Shown one piece after another: positions 8,011 through 17,160 of a DNA stretch of 24,528 nt (the stretch's first letter is position 1; every line of letters begins with the position of its first letter). Position numbers and translations under genes: made by a program. Where the stretch lies: positions 1 to 24,528 of the IMG/VR virus record IMGVR_UViG_3300042289_000929; one strand, given 5' to 3'. This DNA is from a virus (lineage: Duplodnaviria; Caudoviricetes). The notes below the pieces were generated by a model that did not search any database, was not told the origin of the DNA, and saw only the letters and a program-made list of their open reading frames with translations.

Positions 8011-8960
8011 AATACTATTTTACTAGTTAATAATTTATATGGAAGTTTATAATTATTATTACTATAATGATAATCAGCAATATCTAAAATTTCAATTAAA
8101 GAAATTGACCAATTGTTTAATGTTTTATCTGATACATCAAATAAATAAACTTGATTATATTTGTCAATTACTATAAATTTATATTCAAATTTATAATCTT
8201 GATTTTTAATATTATTATAAACTAATTTACAATAAATACTTGATTGTAACCAATAATTATAATAATATACAGTTTCTTCAAATTCTTCTATAGATTTACT
8301 TGTTGTTTTTAAATCACATATAGTTACAACTTTATTTGTGTGATTAATTTTATAAAAATCAATTACACCTTTTAAACCAAAATCTTTATCTTTAATTTTG
8401 CATTCTAAATATTTTTCATAAAATACTTCTCCATCATCTTTTGATAGAGTATTCATTATATTTAAATCAGCTTTGATAAAATTTAATTGTTCTTGAGAAA
8501 GTTTTAATGTTTCTTGATCTATAACATTTACTTTAGAATCATTTATGTAATCCCAATATTTTTTATTTTCATTACATTGTATTTTATTGAGTCTTACTGA
8601 GTCTTCTTTAAAACTTTGGTATAAATTTTCTTCTTTTAAAATATTAAGAATAGGTGTTTGTAAATTTATGTCCATTAAATCATACATTAAATGTGTTTTT
8701 GCTAGTTTATGTATGATTTTTAATACATTATCTGTTGGTATTTTATCTGGAATAATTTTAAATTTATTATTTAAATTTTCAGGTTCAAACAAAAGACAAT
8801 GTAATAATTTTCCATTTATAAGATGTTTTTCTAATCTTTCTTCTTTTTCATTAAGAATATAATCTTTATAAAATAAAACAGGTGAATGAATTAATTTATT
8901 TAAAGAAGAATAACTAAATAAAAAAGGTTTTGAATAAAATTCTTTTTCTTTATTTGTCAT
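8007..8960 (-). CDS. PD-(D/E)XK-family exonuclease (RecE/DUF3799/Cas4-like superfamily)
   Basis: N-terminal SYSSL and G.LLH...E, then E....-KGVID...-ICDLKTT-...Y.Y..Q..IY. The ATG at 8960 is preferred over the TTG at 8966. Confidence 0.85.
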   Translation of the reverse strand: MTNKEKEFYSKPFLFSYSSLNKLIHSPVLFYKDYILNEKEERLEKHLINGKLLHCLLFEPENLNNKFKIIPDKIPTDNVLKIIHKLAKTHLMYDLMDINLQTPILNILKEENLYQSFKEDSVRLNKIQCNENKKYWDYINDSKVNVIDQETLKLSQEQLNFIKADLNIMNTLSKDDGEVFYEKYLECKIKDKDFGLKGVIDFYKINHTNKVVTICDLKTTSKSIEEFEETVYYYNYWLQSSIYCKLVYNNIKNQDYKFEYKFIVIDKYNQVYLFDVSDKTLNNWSISLIEILDIADYHYSNNNYKLPYKLLTSKIVL

Positions 8961-9978
8961 TGACAATAGTAATAAAATTTTCAGGAAATATAATAATTTT
9001 ATCTAAATTATTATGAATTTGATTTGTAATAGCATCTTGTAGTTTTTTTTCTAATAATATTTTAGAATTATCATCGAAATAATCATCAGTTATTAATTTA
9101 GTAATTATATATTGAACAGATGATATATTTATATAAGAATTTCTGTTAAAATAAGACTCTACTTTTAATCGAAATGTTTTAATATTTATTGAATTCCAAT
9201 TTGAACATTTATCTTTAAATCTACTTGAATAAAAATAATATAAACAACAAATTAAACTTTTAGATTTTTCAAAATTAGAATTAGCTAATAATTCTAAAAT
9301 TAAATTTAAATCTTGTCTATTACCATTTTCAATCATGTTTTCTAAATTATAATATTGTTCTAAATCTATAATAATAGAATCCTCAGTACACATATCATTT
9401 ATATCAGAATCAATTAAAATATTTTTATTTTTTATTGCAGAATTTAATATTTCTAAATTATAAACATCAGTTTTATAAAAGTTAGAATAATTACTGCGAT
9501 TAACTAATTCTTCTAATTTAAAATCATAGTTTTTTAAATTATAACCAATGTTAATTCCAATTAATTTTACAGGTTCATTTGAATACCTGGAAATAATATC
9601 TCTATTAAAACTCCATTCATCAATCATTTTTTCTATAAAATTTATATTTGATTCATAATCAAAAAACGTGTATTTATATAAACATTCATAATCGTTCATA
9701 TTTTTAGGAAAAATAATATAATCAGCGTTTTTATAATCCCTTGTAATACTACAATTATGTTTTTCTTTTAAAATATTAAATTTATCTCTAGGTAATTTTA
9801 TTGATTTATGTCTATATAATTTCTTATTTTGTAAATCACAATTTAAAGTTTTGTAATCATTTATTATTTCAGATATATTTTTGTCATCTTTAAGTAAAAT
9901 ACCATGTTCAACATTTATTTTACAATAATGACTATCATTAGTATATCTTTTAATAAAATCAAATGTTAATATTTTCAT
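8950..9978 (-). CDS. Hypothetical protein downstream of the MoxR-like ATPase; possible BRCT-like N-terminal part and a helical C-terminal domain
   Basis: 342-aa ORF. LPRDKF..LKEKHNCSITRD...ADYII weakly recalls a BRCT alpha/beta unit. The C-terminal DLEQYYNLENMI...DLNL.LELLAN motif is shared with ORFs 12424-12756 and 12737-13123. Confidence 0.7.
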   Translation of the reverse strand: MKILTFDFIKRYTNDSHYCKINVEHGILLKDDKNISEIINDYKTLNCDLQNKKLYRHKSIKLPRDKFNILKEKHNCSITRDYKNADYIIFPKNMNDYECLYKYTFFDYESNINFIEKMIDEWSFNRDIISRYSNEPVKLIGINIGYNLKNYDFKLEELVNRSNYSNFYKTDVYNLEILNSAIKNKNILIDSDINDMCTEDSIIIDLEQYYNLENMIENGNRQDLNLILELLANSNFEKSKSLICCLYYFYSSRFKDKCSNWNSINIKTFRLKVESYFNRNSYINISSVQYIITKLITDDYFDDNSKILLEKKLQDAITNQIHNNLDKIIIFPENFITIVNDK

Positions 9979-9990
9979 AAAAAATTAATT

Positions 9991-10025
9991 AAAAAATATG
10001 TTTGGGCATAAAGCCCAAACATATT
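9991..10025 (-). terminator. Terminator-like hairpin after the AAA+ ATPase gene
   Basis: Perfect 13-bp stem AATATGTTTGGGC / GCCCAAACATATT (9995-10007 / 10013-10025) with a 5-nt loop and a T run on the minus strand. Confidence 0.75.
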
Positions 10026-11277
10026 ATTGCATTGTCATTTTAATAATTTCAGAATTCATCATTAATTTTGCAAATTTTTGTTTATTTGTATTGTAAATAG
10101 TTCTTACAATCAAATATTTTAAATCATTTGTAAAATAATTTTTTGTACAAAGATTGATTAATCTTTCATTAATTTTTTGATCTATTGTATTATTTTCACT
10201 ATAAATACAAGTAAAATTAGCTAAACGTGTAGCAATAATAGATGCAATATCTGCTCTATATTGATTGTTAACATTAATACAATTTTTTAGTTTTTCAAAT
10301 ACAGTATCATCATTTAATAATAATTCTTTTGGTGTAATTAATTTATCAAGTTTATTATTAATAAATAATGTAAACATTGCTGCAAAATTTTCTCCAACAG
10401 AGCCTTCACCAATTAATTGAATCATTGTTAAATTATTTTCAAATGATTCAAAGCTTGAAATAGAATTAAAAAATGTAGTAATTGATCTTGCGTTAGTTTC
10501 TGTAGTAACTAATTCTGGATGTAATAATAAAAAGTTTATACATCTTGTATCAATTTCTTCTTTTTCTGCCCATCTTGCCCAAATATTAACATCAAATTTT
10601 AAATTTGCTGTAATATAACGTGTTTTTTGAGCTGAATCTAAAGAATTAACTGTGTATTCTCCATTATCAGGATTTGAAGTAAGAATTATATGCCAATTTT
10701 TTGGAAGAGACCATGAAATATAAGTTTGTCTGTCAATAAGCTCCATTGTAGCTTGTATAAATCTTAAATCAGCACGGTTAAAATCATCTAATAAAAGAAT
10801 GCCACCTTCTTTTTTATCAGCAATCCATTCAGGTGCACAATAAGACATTCTGTTCTTACCAGTTACTTTATATCCATTTTTAAGATATTCAGTTACAGCA
10901 AGTTCATCAACCCAAACACCTACTTTTTTAGTATCAATATTATTAACATTATTTACTGCAGATATTTTTTGAGCTGTTGTATAATTAATAGAATTTGAAT
11001 TTATTTCAGTTTTAATTTCTTTAAACATTTGAAATTGACGTACTGGAAATCCCACTAAATCTCCTAATTCTTCAATTTGTGCTAAATTTAATTTTACAAA
11101 ATTTAAATTATTTTCTTTTGCACATTGTATAATTGTTGATGTTTTACCTATACCAGATTCTCCCATTACTTCTATTGCAACAGGCATTTTATTATTTTCT
11201 TGAAGAAATTTATTATTATTTATAATATGGTTTACAAAACCTTTTAATTCATCGATATTTAATTGAACGTTAGCCAT
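10024..11277 (-). CDS. MoxR-like AAA+ ATPase (AAA_5 type)
   Basis: Walker A GESGIGKT, E.GDL.GFP, Walker B ILLLDDFNRA, W.LP..W.IILTSNP (sensor 1) and LD.AQ.TR (arginine finger). Confidence 0.9.
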   Translation of the reverse strand: MANVQLNIDELKGFVNHIINNNKFLQENNKMPVAIEVMGESGIGKTSTIIQCAKENNLNFVKLNLAQIEELGDLVGFPVRQFQMFKEIKTEINSNSINYTTAQKISAVNNVNNIDTKKVGVWVDELAVTEYLKNGYKVTGKNRMSYCAPEWIADKKEGGILLLDDFNRADLRFIQATMELIDRQTYISWSLPKNWHIILTSNPDNGEYTVNSLDSAQKTRYITANLKFDVNIWARWAEKEEIDTRCINFLLLHPELVTTETNARSITTFFNSISSFESFENNLTMIQLIGEGSVGENFAAMFTLFINNKLDKLITPKELLLNDDTVFEKLKNCINVNNQYRADIASIIATRLANFTCIYSENNTIDQKINERLINLCTKNYFTNDLKYLIVRTIYNTNKQKFAKLMMNSEIIKMTMQ

Positions 11278-12427
11278 TTAATTTAATTGTTTTACCGGGT
11301 AAATTGTTATTATTATTTGATGTACTACTTAATACCCATAATGTATTTTTTGGAGTATTAATTGGACTTTGGCATTCACCATCTGTTAAATAAATTAATG
11401 CCGTATAAATTTTTTTTTCGTTAAAATAATCAATTACAGGTTGAAATTCTGTACCACCTCTTCCTTTAATATTCCATTCTTTTTTTGGATTAAATTTTTC
11501 TATTGAATTAATAACAGTATCGCATTGTATAACAGTAATATCATGACCAGTTTTGTGCATATGATATAATTCATGCATAAATTCTTTTAATTCTTCATTA
11601 CTAACAGATCCTGATGTATCAACTCCTACTAAAATTTGATTTTTAAATTTAATTTTTAAACCTGGATTTTCAATGTATCTTTTATTATATTTTCTTTTTA
11701 ATTTTTTAGTATAAGAAATCATTGAATTACCAATAAATCTTCTAAAATAATTTTTCCAATCAAATTTTTCTTTTTCAATATCATCTAAATTTAATAACAA
11801 ATTATTAAGTTCTCCAGGTAATATTCCTTTTGATTTTTCTATACTATTTTTAATTTCTTTAAAAATAAATTTTTTTTGTTTTTCAATAAGTTTTTTTTCT
11901 GTATCTGTTAAGTTATTAAATTCTTTCCAAGTAGAATGATCGTAAATACTATCGCCATCCATTTGATTTAAAATATTATCTAATGTGCTAGATTTACCTG
12001 AATTTTTAGCTTTTTCAAGTAATTTATAATATATTTTTGTACCTGCTTTTTTTGGTAAATTTAGTTCAGCAAATGTGTCTAAAGTTAAACCTCCATCTGG
12101 TAAATATTCAGGATCAATATATTGATTTATTTCTAAATCTGCAGAAATATTAAATAATTTAAAATCTAAAAATTCATCTTTAATTTCAATATGACCAAAA
12201 GCAATATGTAAAAGTTCATGTTTAAGTAAACCTTGAAGTTTATTTAAAGTTAAACTATTTGCATAATCTTTATTTATAGATAATTCATAATTAATTCCAT
12301 TTTTACTTACTCCAGCTGTTGGTACATTACAATATTTTTTATTTAACGTAGTTAAAAATAATCCATAAAAAGGTTCAGAAAAAAGTAAATTTTTAGAAAC
12401 CTTTGCTATTTTATCTTCTATTGTCAT
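11270..12427 (-). CDS. vWA domain protein with N-terminal putative metallopeptidase (DUF2201-like)
   Basis: PFYG, TAGV, HELLH (HExxH) and N.SADLEINQ in the N-terminus. MIDAS VDTSGS, Q.D, GRGGT.F and YLTDG in the C-terminus. Confidence 0.9.
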   Translation of the reverse strand: MTIEDKIAKVSKNLLFSEPFYGLFLTTLNKKYCNVPTAGVSKNGINYELSINKDYANSLTLNKLQGLLKHELLHIAFGHIEIKDEFLDFKLFNISADLEINQYIDPEYLPDGGLTLDTFAELNLPKKAGTKIYYKLLEKAKNSGKSSTLDNILNQMDGDSIYDHSTWKEFNNLTDTEKKLIEKQKKFIFKEIKNSIEKSKGILPGELNNLLLNLDDIEKEKFDWKNYFRRFIGNSMISYTKKLKRKYNKRYIENPGLKIKFKNQILVGVDTSGSVSNEELKEFMHELYHMHKTGHDITVIQCDTVINSIEKFNPKKEWNIKGRGGTEFQPVIDYFNEKKIYTALIYLTDGECQSPINTPKNTLWVLSSTSNNNNNLPGKTIKLNG

Positions 12428-12756
12428 AAATTAAAATATTTTTTAGTAACAGTTAGTATTATATTATCTAAATCTGGATTTTCAAGTATTTTTTTTCTAT
12501 CTTCCATTATATTTTTAAATGTGAATTCAGCTAAATCAAAATTAATTGGCTCAATTTTTTTAATTATATTTTCTTCAATTAAAAAATTTATAAAAAATTG
12601 TTTTTGATTTTCTTCTGTTATAGATTTTAATAATAATTTTATATAAATAAGATTTAAATTTAAATTTTTTATATTGCTAAATGCTATCTCATTATCTAAA
12701 GAATTATTTAGCATTAATGAAAAATTTTCAAAATCTTTAAGATTCAAATGGGTCAT
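12424..12756 (-). CDS. Hypothetical protein (helical; paralog-like N-terminus with 12737-13123)
   Basis: 110-aa ORF with an ATGA overlap with the vWA gene. Confidence 0.7.
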   Translation of the reverse strand: MTHLNLKDFENFSLMLNNSLDNEIAFSNIKNLNLNLIYIKLLLKSITEENQKQFFINFLIEENIIKKIEPINFDLAEFTFKNIMEDRKKILENPDLDNIILTVTKKYFNL

Positions 12757-13123
12757 TGAGCGTTATTTTTATTGATAATTCCATATTTTTAATAGCTTTT
12801 TCAAACATATCAGTTAAACTAAACATATAATATGTTTTTAATATTTCATCTTTTAAATATTTATTTTTAATAATATTATATATTTCTATATATCTTAAAT
12901 GTTCTAATTTTTTAATATCTAATTTTGATTTTTTAATAATTTTGTTTAAAGATTCATATTTTTTACAATCTATGGTTTCATATTCTCTTAATCTTTTTAA
13001 TAAAATTGCATAATAGCATTCATTAAATTTTAAATTATTTAAATTAGATAATGCGATGTTAAAATCATCATCGTTTGATCTTAACATTTTTTCAATTTGA
13101 ATAAGATCTTCTAAATTAATCAT
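12737..13123 (-). CDS. Hypothetical protein (helical; paralog-like N-terminus with 12424-12756)
   Basis: 128-aa ORF overlapping both neighbours. Confidence 0.7.
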   Translation of the reverse strand: MINLEDLIQIEKMLRSNDDDFNIALSNLNNLKFNECYYAILLKRLREYETIDCKKYESLNKIIKKSKLDIKKLEHLRYIEIYNIIKNKYLKDEILKTYYMFSLTDMFEKAIKNMELSIKITLNDPFES

Positions 13124-13463
13124 TTATATTCATAGTTTTTATAGCCCATAATTCAGGTTTTTCAGATTCAATCATTTTAATCCATTCTTTTGCTGTAGGT
13201 ATGTATCCATTACAATCTTCTTTAACATGTTGTTCTCCAACATATCTTGTGTATATAACTTTATTATTTGAATTAATAAAACTTTTTCCAAATATTTTTT
13301 CGCATTCAAATATTCCTTCACTGTGATGTCTAAATAATCTATGTTTGCTATGAGCTATCCAAGCTTTAGTTTCATCAAACCAATTATGAATATTTATATA
13401 ATCATCAATACAACCACCCCATTTTTTTACACTAGATTTAGCATGTTCTATTGGATGTGCCAT
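13116..13463 (-). CDS. DUF6915-family His-rich protein
   Basis: MAHP..HA.SS.KKWGG...DY..IH.WFD.TK.......HR..RHH.EGIF..E..FG...R..GEQHV.ED..G.IP...W is the pattern I recall for DUF6915. Confidence 0.8.
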   Translation of the reverse strand: MAHPIEHAKSSVKKWGGCIDDYINIHNWFDETKAWIAHSKHRLFRHHSEGIFECEKIFGKSFINSNNKVIYTRYVGEQHVKEDCNGYIPTAKEWIKMIESEKPELWAIKTMNIND

Positions 13464-13675
13464 TACAAATTAGCTTTTTTAATAAAATATTTAGTGACTT
13501 CAGGAATATATTTTTTATAATATGGTTGATTATCCATACACCATTTTTTTACTTCCTCTTTTGTTTTAAATGACTGTTGCCATGAATGTTTATTTATTAT
13601 CATATTAAATGTTGGTTCTAATTCGTTAATAAAATCTTGAACAGTCCAACCTTCCCATACATGTTTATTATTCAT
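13463..13675 (-). CDS. Hypothetical phage protein
   Basis: 70-aa ORF with WEGWTV.DFI.EL and WC..NQPYYKK.IPEV, coupled to both neighbours. Confidence 0.75.
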   Translation of the reverse strand: MNNKHVWEGWTVQDFINELEPTFNMIINKHSWQQSFKTKEEVKKWCMDNQPYYKKYIPEVTKYFIKKANL

Positions 13676-14043
13676 ACACTTAATTGTAAATTATTTTCAT
13701 AATATATAACTGTACTTGTTCTTTCATTATATTCTGATATTAATTCATATGTGTTTAAATCAATACTTACATTTCCATAACCGCCGTCATCATTCCACCA
13801 ATCTTTATTTTCAGTAGCTTCTTCAATTATTTCATAAAGCCAATTTGTAAAAAAATCAATATTTTTAATTAAATTTTCAATATGTACCCAATCTATATTA
13901 TTATTTGGAAAAACATTAATATCATCTATAGCACCACTATCTCCAGAACCACTATAAGAAACTTCTATTTTAGTATAACCTTTATCTTTAAGTAAAATAA
14001 AAGTATTTAAAATTTCATTTGGTATTGTTATTTTTTTTTCCAT
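13672..14043 (-). CDS. DUF6878-family protein
   Basis: V.YSGSGDSG.I and DWWNDDGGYG.V.I motifs. Confidence 0.75.
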   Translation of the reverse strand: MEKKITIPNEILNTFILLKDKGYTKIEVSYSGSGDSGAIDDINVFPNNNIDWVHIENLIKNIDFFTNWLYEIIEEATENKDWWNDDGGYGNVSIDLNTYELISEYNERTSTVIYYENNLQLSV

Positions 14044-14401
14044 AAATTTCTATTATTACACCTGGATTTTTTTTATCATATTTATAATCTTTAAATACAG
14101 GTTTTATATTATCAGCATTATCATCTGTAATCCAATGATATGTAACCATATCATCTTGAACAGTTTGTGCTGGATTTATATAATCAAATTTGTGCTTACT
14201 ATTTCTTATAAAAGTTAAATGTATTTCAACAGGTAAATCATATTTACTTAATTCTTTTGTAAATGCTTTAGCATATTGAATATAATAAGCTTTTGTATTT
14301 TTTCTGTAATTAATTACAGTTTTACTAGCAATAAAATATTTACCTGTCCATCTGCGTCCATTTTTAGAACTAGGGACATTACCTGGTATAAAAAATTTCA
14401 C
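14015..14401 (-). CDS. rusA: RusA-like Holliday junction resolvase
   Basis: FFIPG.VPS.KN, V.I.L.F.R, D..N..Q...D.M, I.DD and a C-terminal PGV.IEI follow the RusA layout. Confidence 0.7.
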   Translation of the reverse strand: MKFFIPGNVPSSKNGRRWTGKYFIASKTVINYRKNTKAYYIQYAKAFTKELSKYDLPVEIHLTFIRNSKHKFDYINPAQTVQDDMVTYHWITDDNADNIKPVFKDYKYDKKNPGVIIEIYGKKNNNTK

Positions 14402-15338
14402 TAATTATTTGTTTAAGAAAAACATTAACATATTCTGTTCCATGAATTTTTACAGAATCTGAAATATCTTTTTCTAATTTTAAAATTACACCTTTTATAT
14501 TATATTCTTTTTCGTATTTATTTTTAAATATTTCTCCGGCTTTATCATTATCAAATAAAGTAATTATATTTTTATATTTTAATTTTAAATTTTCTATTAT
14601 ATAAGGTTTTATTATTGTACTTTCGCTTTCTGGAGCAATAACTTCTAAATCATAATTAAATGATTTTAAACACATAGCATCTTTTAATGAAGAACAGATT
14701 ATTAAATTTTCTGAATTATATTTCAATTGATTAAGTCCTTGTATTTGATTATTAATTTTTAAAAATTTATAATCTTTATTTAAAGGTTGATAAATTTTAT
14801 AAACAACATCATCATCACAATAAGCGTACATATAATCATTAGATATTCTAATAATATAATTTTTTGAAAAAGTTAAAATATGAATTGGTTTTACTTGATA
14901 GTAATCAAGTAAAGTTTGATCAATATTAAATTGTTTCCAATATTTTAAATCATTAGCATTCCAATTTCTAAATGTTATATCTTCAATATTAAATGTGTTA
15001 TTTTCTTTTTCTAAAACTGTTTTATTAATTTTAATATTTTGATTTTTAAAATCATTTAAAATTTTAAAAATAGCATCAGAATAAGTTAAATTAAATAATT
15101 TTTGAACAAGATTTATTTTATTTCCATATTCACCTGTAGAAAAATCTTTAAAATAATATTCAGATTTTTCTTTATTTACAAATAAAAACATACTTGGTGT
15201 TTTTTCAGAAAAATTCCAAAGAGATTTTATTCTAATTCTTTGTCCAATTAATTTTTCTTCTAAATTTAAATAATATTCAAATACCCAATTACTGGGTATT
15301 AAATCAATATCAAAAACTATATTTTTTGTACAAAACAT
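14379..15338 (-). CDS. dnaG: DNA primase (TOPRIM; crAss-like type)
   Basis: N-terminal S.....EKTPS....KDF.TG..G (zinc-ribbon-like domain without Cys), YW.QF.I, SSLKDAM.L, APESE, FDND.AG and KDISD. The ATG at 15338 is preferred because 15356 lies inside a hairpin. Confidence 0.85.
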   Translation of the reverse strand: MFCTKNIVFDIDLIPSNWVFEYYLNLEEKLIGQRIRIKSLWNFSEKTPSMFLFVNKEKSEYYFKDFSTGEYGNKINLVQKLFNLTYSDAIFKILNDFKNQNIKINKTVLEKENNTFNIEDITFRNWNANDLKYWKQFNIDQTLLDYYQVKPIHILTFSKNYIIRISNDYMYAYCDDDVVYKIYQPLNKDYKFLKINNQIQGLNQLKYNSENLIICSSLKDAMCLKSFNYDLEVIAPESESTIIKPYIIENLKLKYKNIITLFDNDKAGEIFKNKYEKEYNIKGVILKLEKDISDSVKIHGTEYVNVFLKQIISEIFYTR

Positions 15339-15369
15339 AAAAAAAAGAGGGAGCACTATGTCTCCCTCT
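15339..15369 (-). terminator. Terminator-like hairpin between the SSB-like gene and primase
   Basis: Stem AGAGGGAG / CTCCCTCT (15346-15353 / 15362-15369) with an 8-nt loop. A T tract runs directly into the primase ATG. Confidence 0.7.
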
Positions 15370-15377
15370 ATTTAAAA

Positions 15378-16001
15378 TTACATTTCAAAATCTGTATTTT
15401 GTGAACTTAAATTAGTTTCAAGTTTTTTAAGATGTAAATTAGGATCATAAACAAGACAGTCTTTATCTAAACTTGTTATAAAAAAACTTTTAGTACTTAA
15501 TTTTGGAAAATGCAAATCAATATTAATATAGTTTTGTTGATTTCTATATTCTTTACCGCCAATACAAGCGTTAAAATAATTTGAATTTTGAAATATAACT
15601 TTACATTTATTTAAAAATTCAATAGCTGTATCTGCTTCAATTTCATCTAATTTACCACGATTTCCAGTTGCTTCTGCTAATACAACCATGTATTTTTGAA
15701 TTTGCTCATCTCTTAATATTTTTTGTCCACTAGCAAATTCTTTGTTAACAAATGGATAAGCATTAAGTTTTACTCTACCTACTCTACCTTTATAACGAGG
15801 ACTGTTAGGATTAGAAACATCAGTTAATAAACCAATAAAATCACCTTCTACAGGTTTTGTTTCAACATTTAAAGTAATAATAATAGCATTTTCATCATAA
15901 CTTGGAATAGTATATTCTAAGCTATTAATTTTTACAACATGATTGCCTGGTTCAATAATAGGCGAAATTTTATTTAAATTGATATTTGATGTATTAAACA
16001 T
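15378..16001 (-). CDS. Putative single-stranded DNA-binding protein
   Basis: I.PG.H.VKI beta-rich N-terminus and a short acidic/aromatic C-terminus (TDFEM). It lies between the Sak4-like ATPase and primase. Confidence 0.5.
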   Translation of the reverse strand: MFNTSNINLNKISPIIEPGNHVVKINSLEYTIPSYDENAIIITLNVETKPVEGDFIGLLTDVSNPNSPRYKGRVGRVKLNAYPFVNKEFASGQKILRDEQIQKYMVVLAEATGNRGKLDEIEADTAIEFLNKCKVIFQNSNYFNACIGGKEYRNQQNYINIDLHFPKLSTKSFFITSLDKDCLVYDPNLHLKKLETNLSSQNTDFEM

Positions 16002-16003
16002 AA

Positions 16004-16687
16004 TTAATTGTATTTTAAGATTGTTTGACGGACTAATTCTAAATCATTTGGAATATATTCATTATCAAACATTTCCATAGGTGTTTTACATGTATTTTCT
16101 CCATCCGTTTGAGTTACAAATACATATTCTAATTTATTTTTTTCGTTTTTTATAACTTTTGCAAACAAAACAATTGAAAATAAACCTTCTAAAGTAAGTG
16201 AATTATCAATCATTTTACCAACTGTTTTGGCTTTAATTTTGCGTTTACCATTTACATCTATAGTATCTTCAGAATGAGTTAAAAAAAATATAAATAAATC
16301 ATCTCTTAAATCTTTAGGTAGTTTAGCAACTTGTGCTAAATTAGCTGCAATTTGAGTAAATTTATCATAACCTTTTTCTGAAGCTCTATCAAAATATTCA
16401 AAACTACTCATATATTGCCAATCATCAATAATTAAATTTTTAATATGCGGCATTTTTTCAGACACATGTTTCATTGCAGCATATATATTAGTAGGATTTG
16501 AAATATTTAATAAATTACCATTAGGATTTGTTGTTTTATCATATAATTTATAATTGTTTTGCCAATTTTTAAATGGTAAAGGTTTACTAGCAATATTAAT
16601 TATAAATGTTTCTTTTGGATTTAAAGTTCTTATAGATGTTGATTTGCCAGAACCTGATTCAGCAATTATTAAAATGCTTTGTGCCAT
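16004..16687 (-). CDS. AAA_24 / Sak4-like phage P-loop NTPase (recombination/annealing)
   Basis: ESGSGKST Walker A, KPLPF, IIDD.QY.M..E, KGYDKF, K.KT.GKM.D...T.EGLF..VL, K.P..MF and I.NDL. Confidence 0.85.
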   Translation of the reverse strand: MAQSILIIAESGSGKSTSIRTLNPKETFIINIASKPLPFKNWQNNYKLYDKTTNPNGNLLNISNPTNIYAAMKHVSEKMPHIKNLIIDDWQYMSSFEYFDRASEKGYDKFTQIAANLAQVAKLPKDLRDDLFIFFLTHSEDTIDVNGKRKIKAKTVGKMIDNSLTLEGLFSIVLFAKVIKNEKNKLEYVFVTQTDGENTCKTPMEMFDNEYIPNDLELVRQTILKYN

Positions 16688-17160
16688 TATGTTAAATCTT
16701 TTAATTTTTCTAATTTTTTTATAAAATTATACATTATTTCATCATGTTGTTTTTTAATTTTATTAGCTTCTTCAATTAAATCTTTTGCGATATTATCTAA
16801 ATAATTTGTAGGTTTATTTATTTCAATTATAGAATTATCATCTTTAATAAATTCAATTTCATCTTTAGGTATTAAATAAAAAATATTATTGTTTATGGAT
16901 GTTTTTTTAGAATAAGAATTTAAATTTTTAATTAATGTAAATTTATATAGTCCTCGATATTTGTCTAAAGGATTATTATCTTTATCTACAAATTCAATAT
17001 ATAAAATATTATCACGATCTAATTCATTTTCAAATAAAGAAAAATGATCGTTGTATAAAGTTTTTAAACTTAATTTAAAATTATTTTTATTAATGTAATT
17101 AAAATAACTTTTATGGTATTCTTTAAACTCTTCTATAATTATTTTTCCTGGATATGGCAT
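16687..17160 (-). CDS. Hypothetical phage protein
   Basis: 157-aa ORF coupled to dnaB and the ATPase gene. Confidence 0.7.
   Translation of the reverse strand: MPYPGKIIIEEFKEYHKSYFNYINKNNFKLSLKTLYNDHFSLFENELDRDNILYIEFVDKDNNPLDKYRGLYKFTLIKNLNSYSKKTSINNNIFYLIPKDEIEFIKDDNSIIEINKPTNYLDNIAKDLIEEANKIKKQHDEIMYNFIKKLEKLKDLT

Noticed and set aside
5750-8862. Plus-strand ORFs 5750-5962 and 8587-8862
   Set aside because: They lie entirely antisense to polB and the nuclease gene.
8007-8960. Cas4 / CRISPR-Cas locus
   Set aside because: No four-Cys Fe-S cluster pattern, no other cas genes and no repeat-spacer array seen. It is a generic phage PD-(D/E)XK nuclease.
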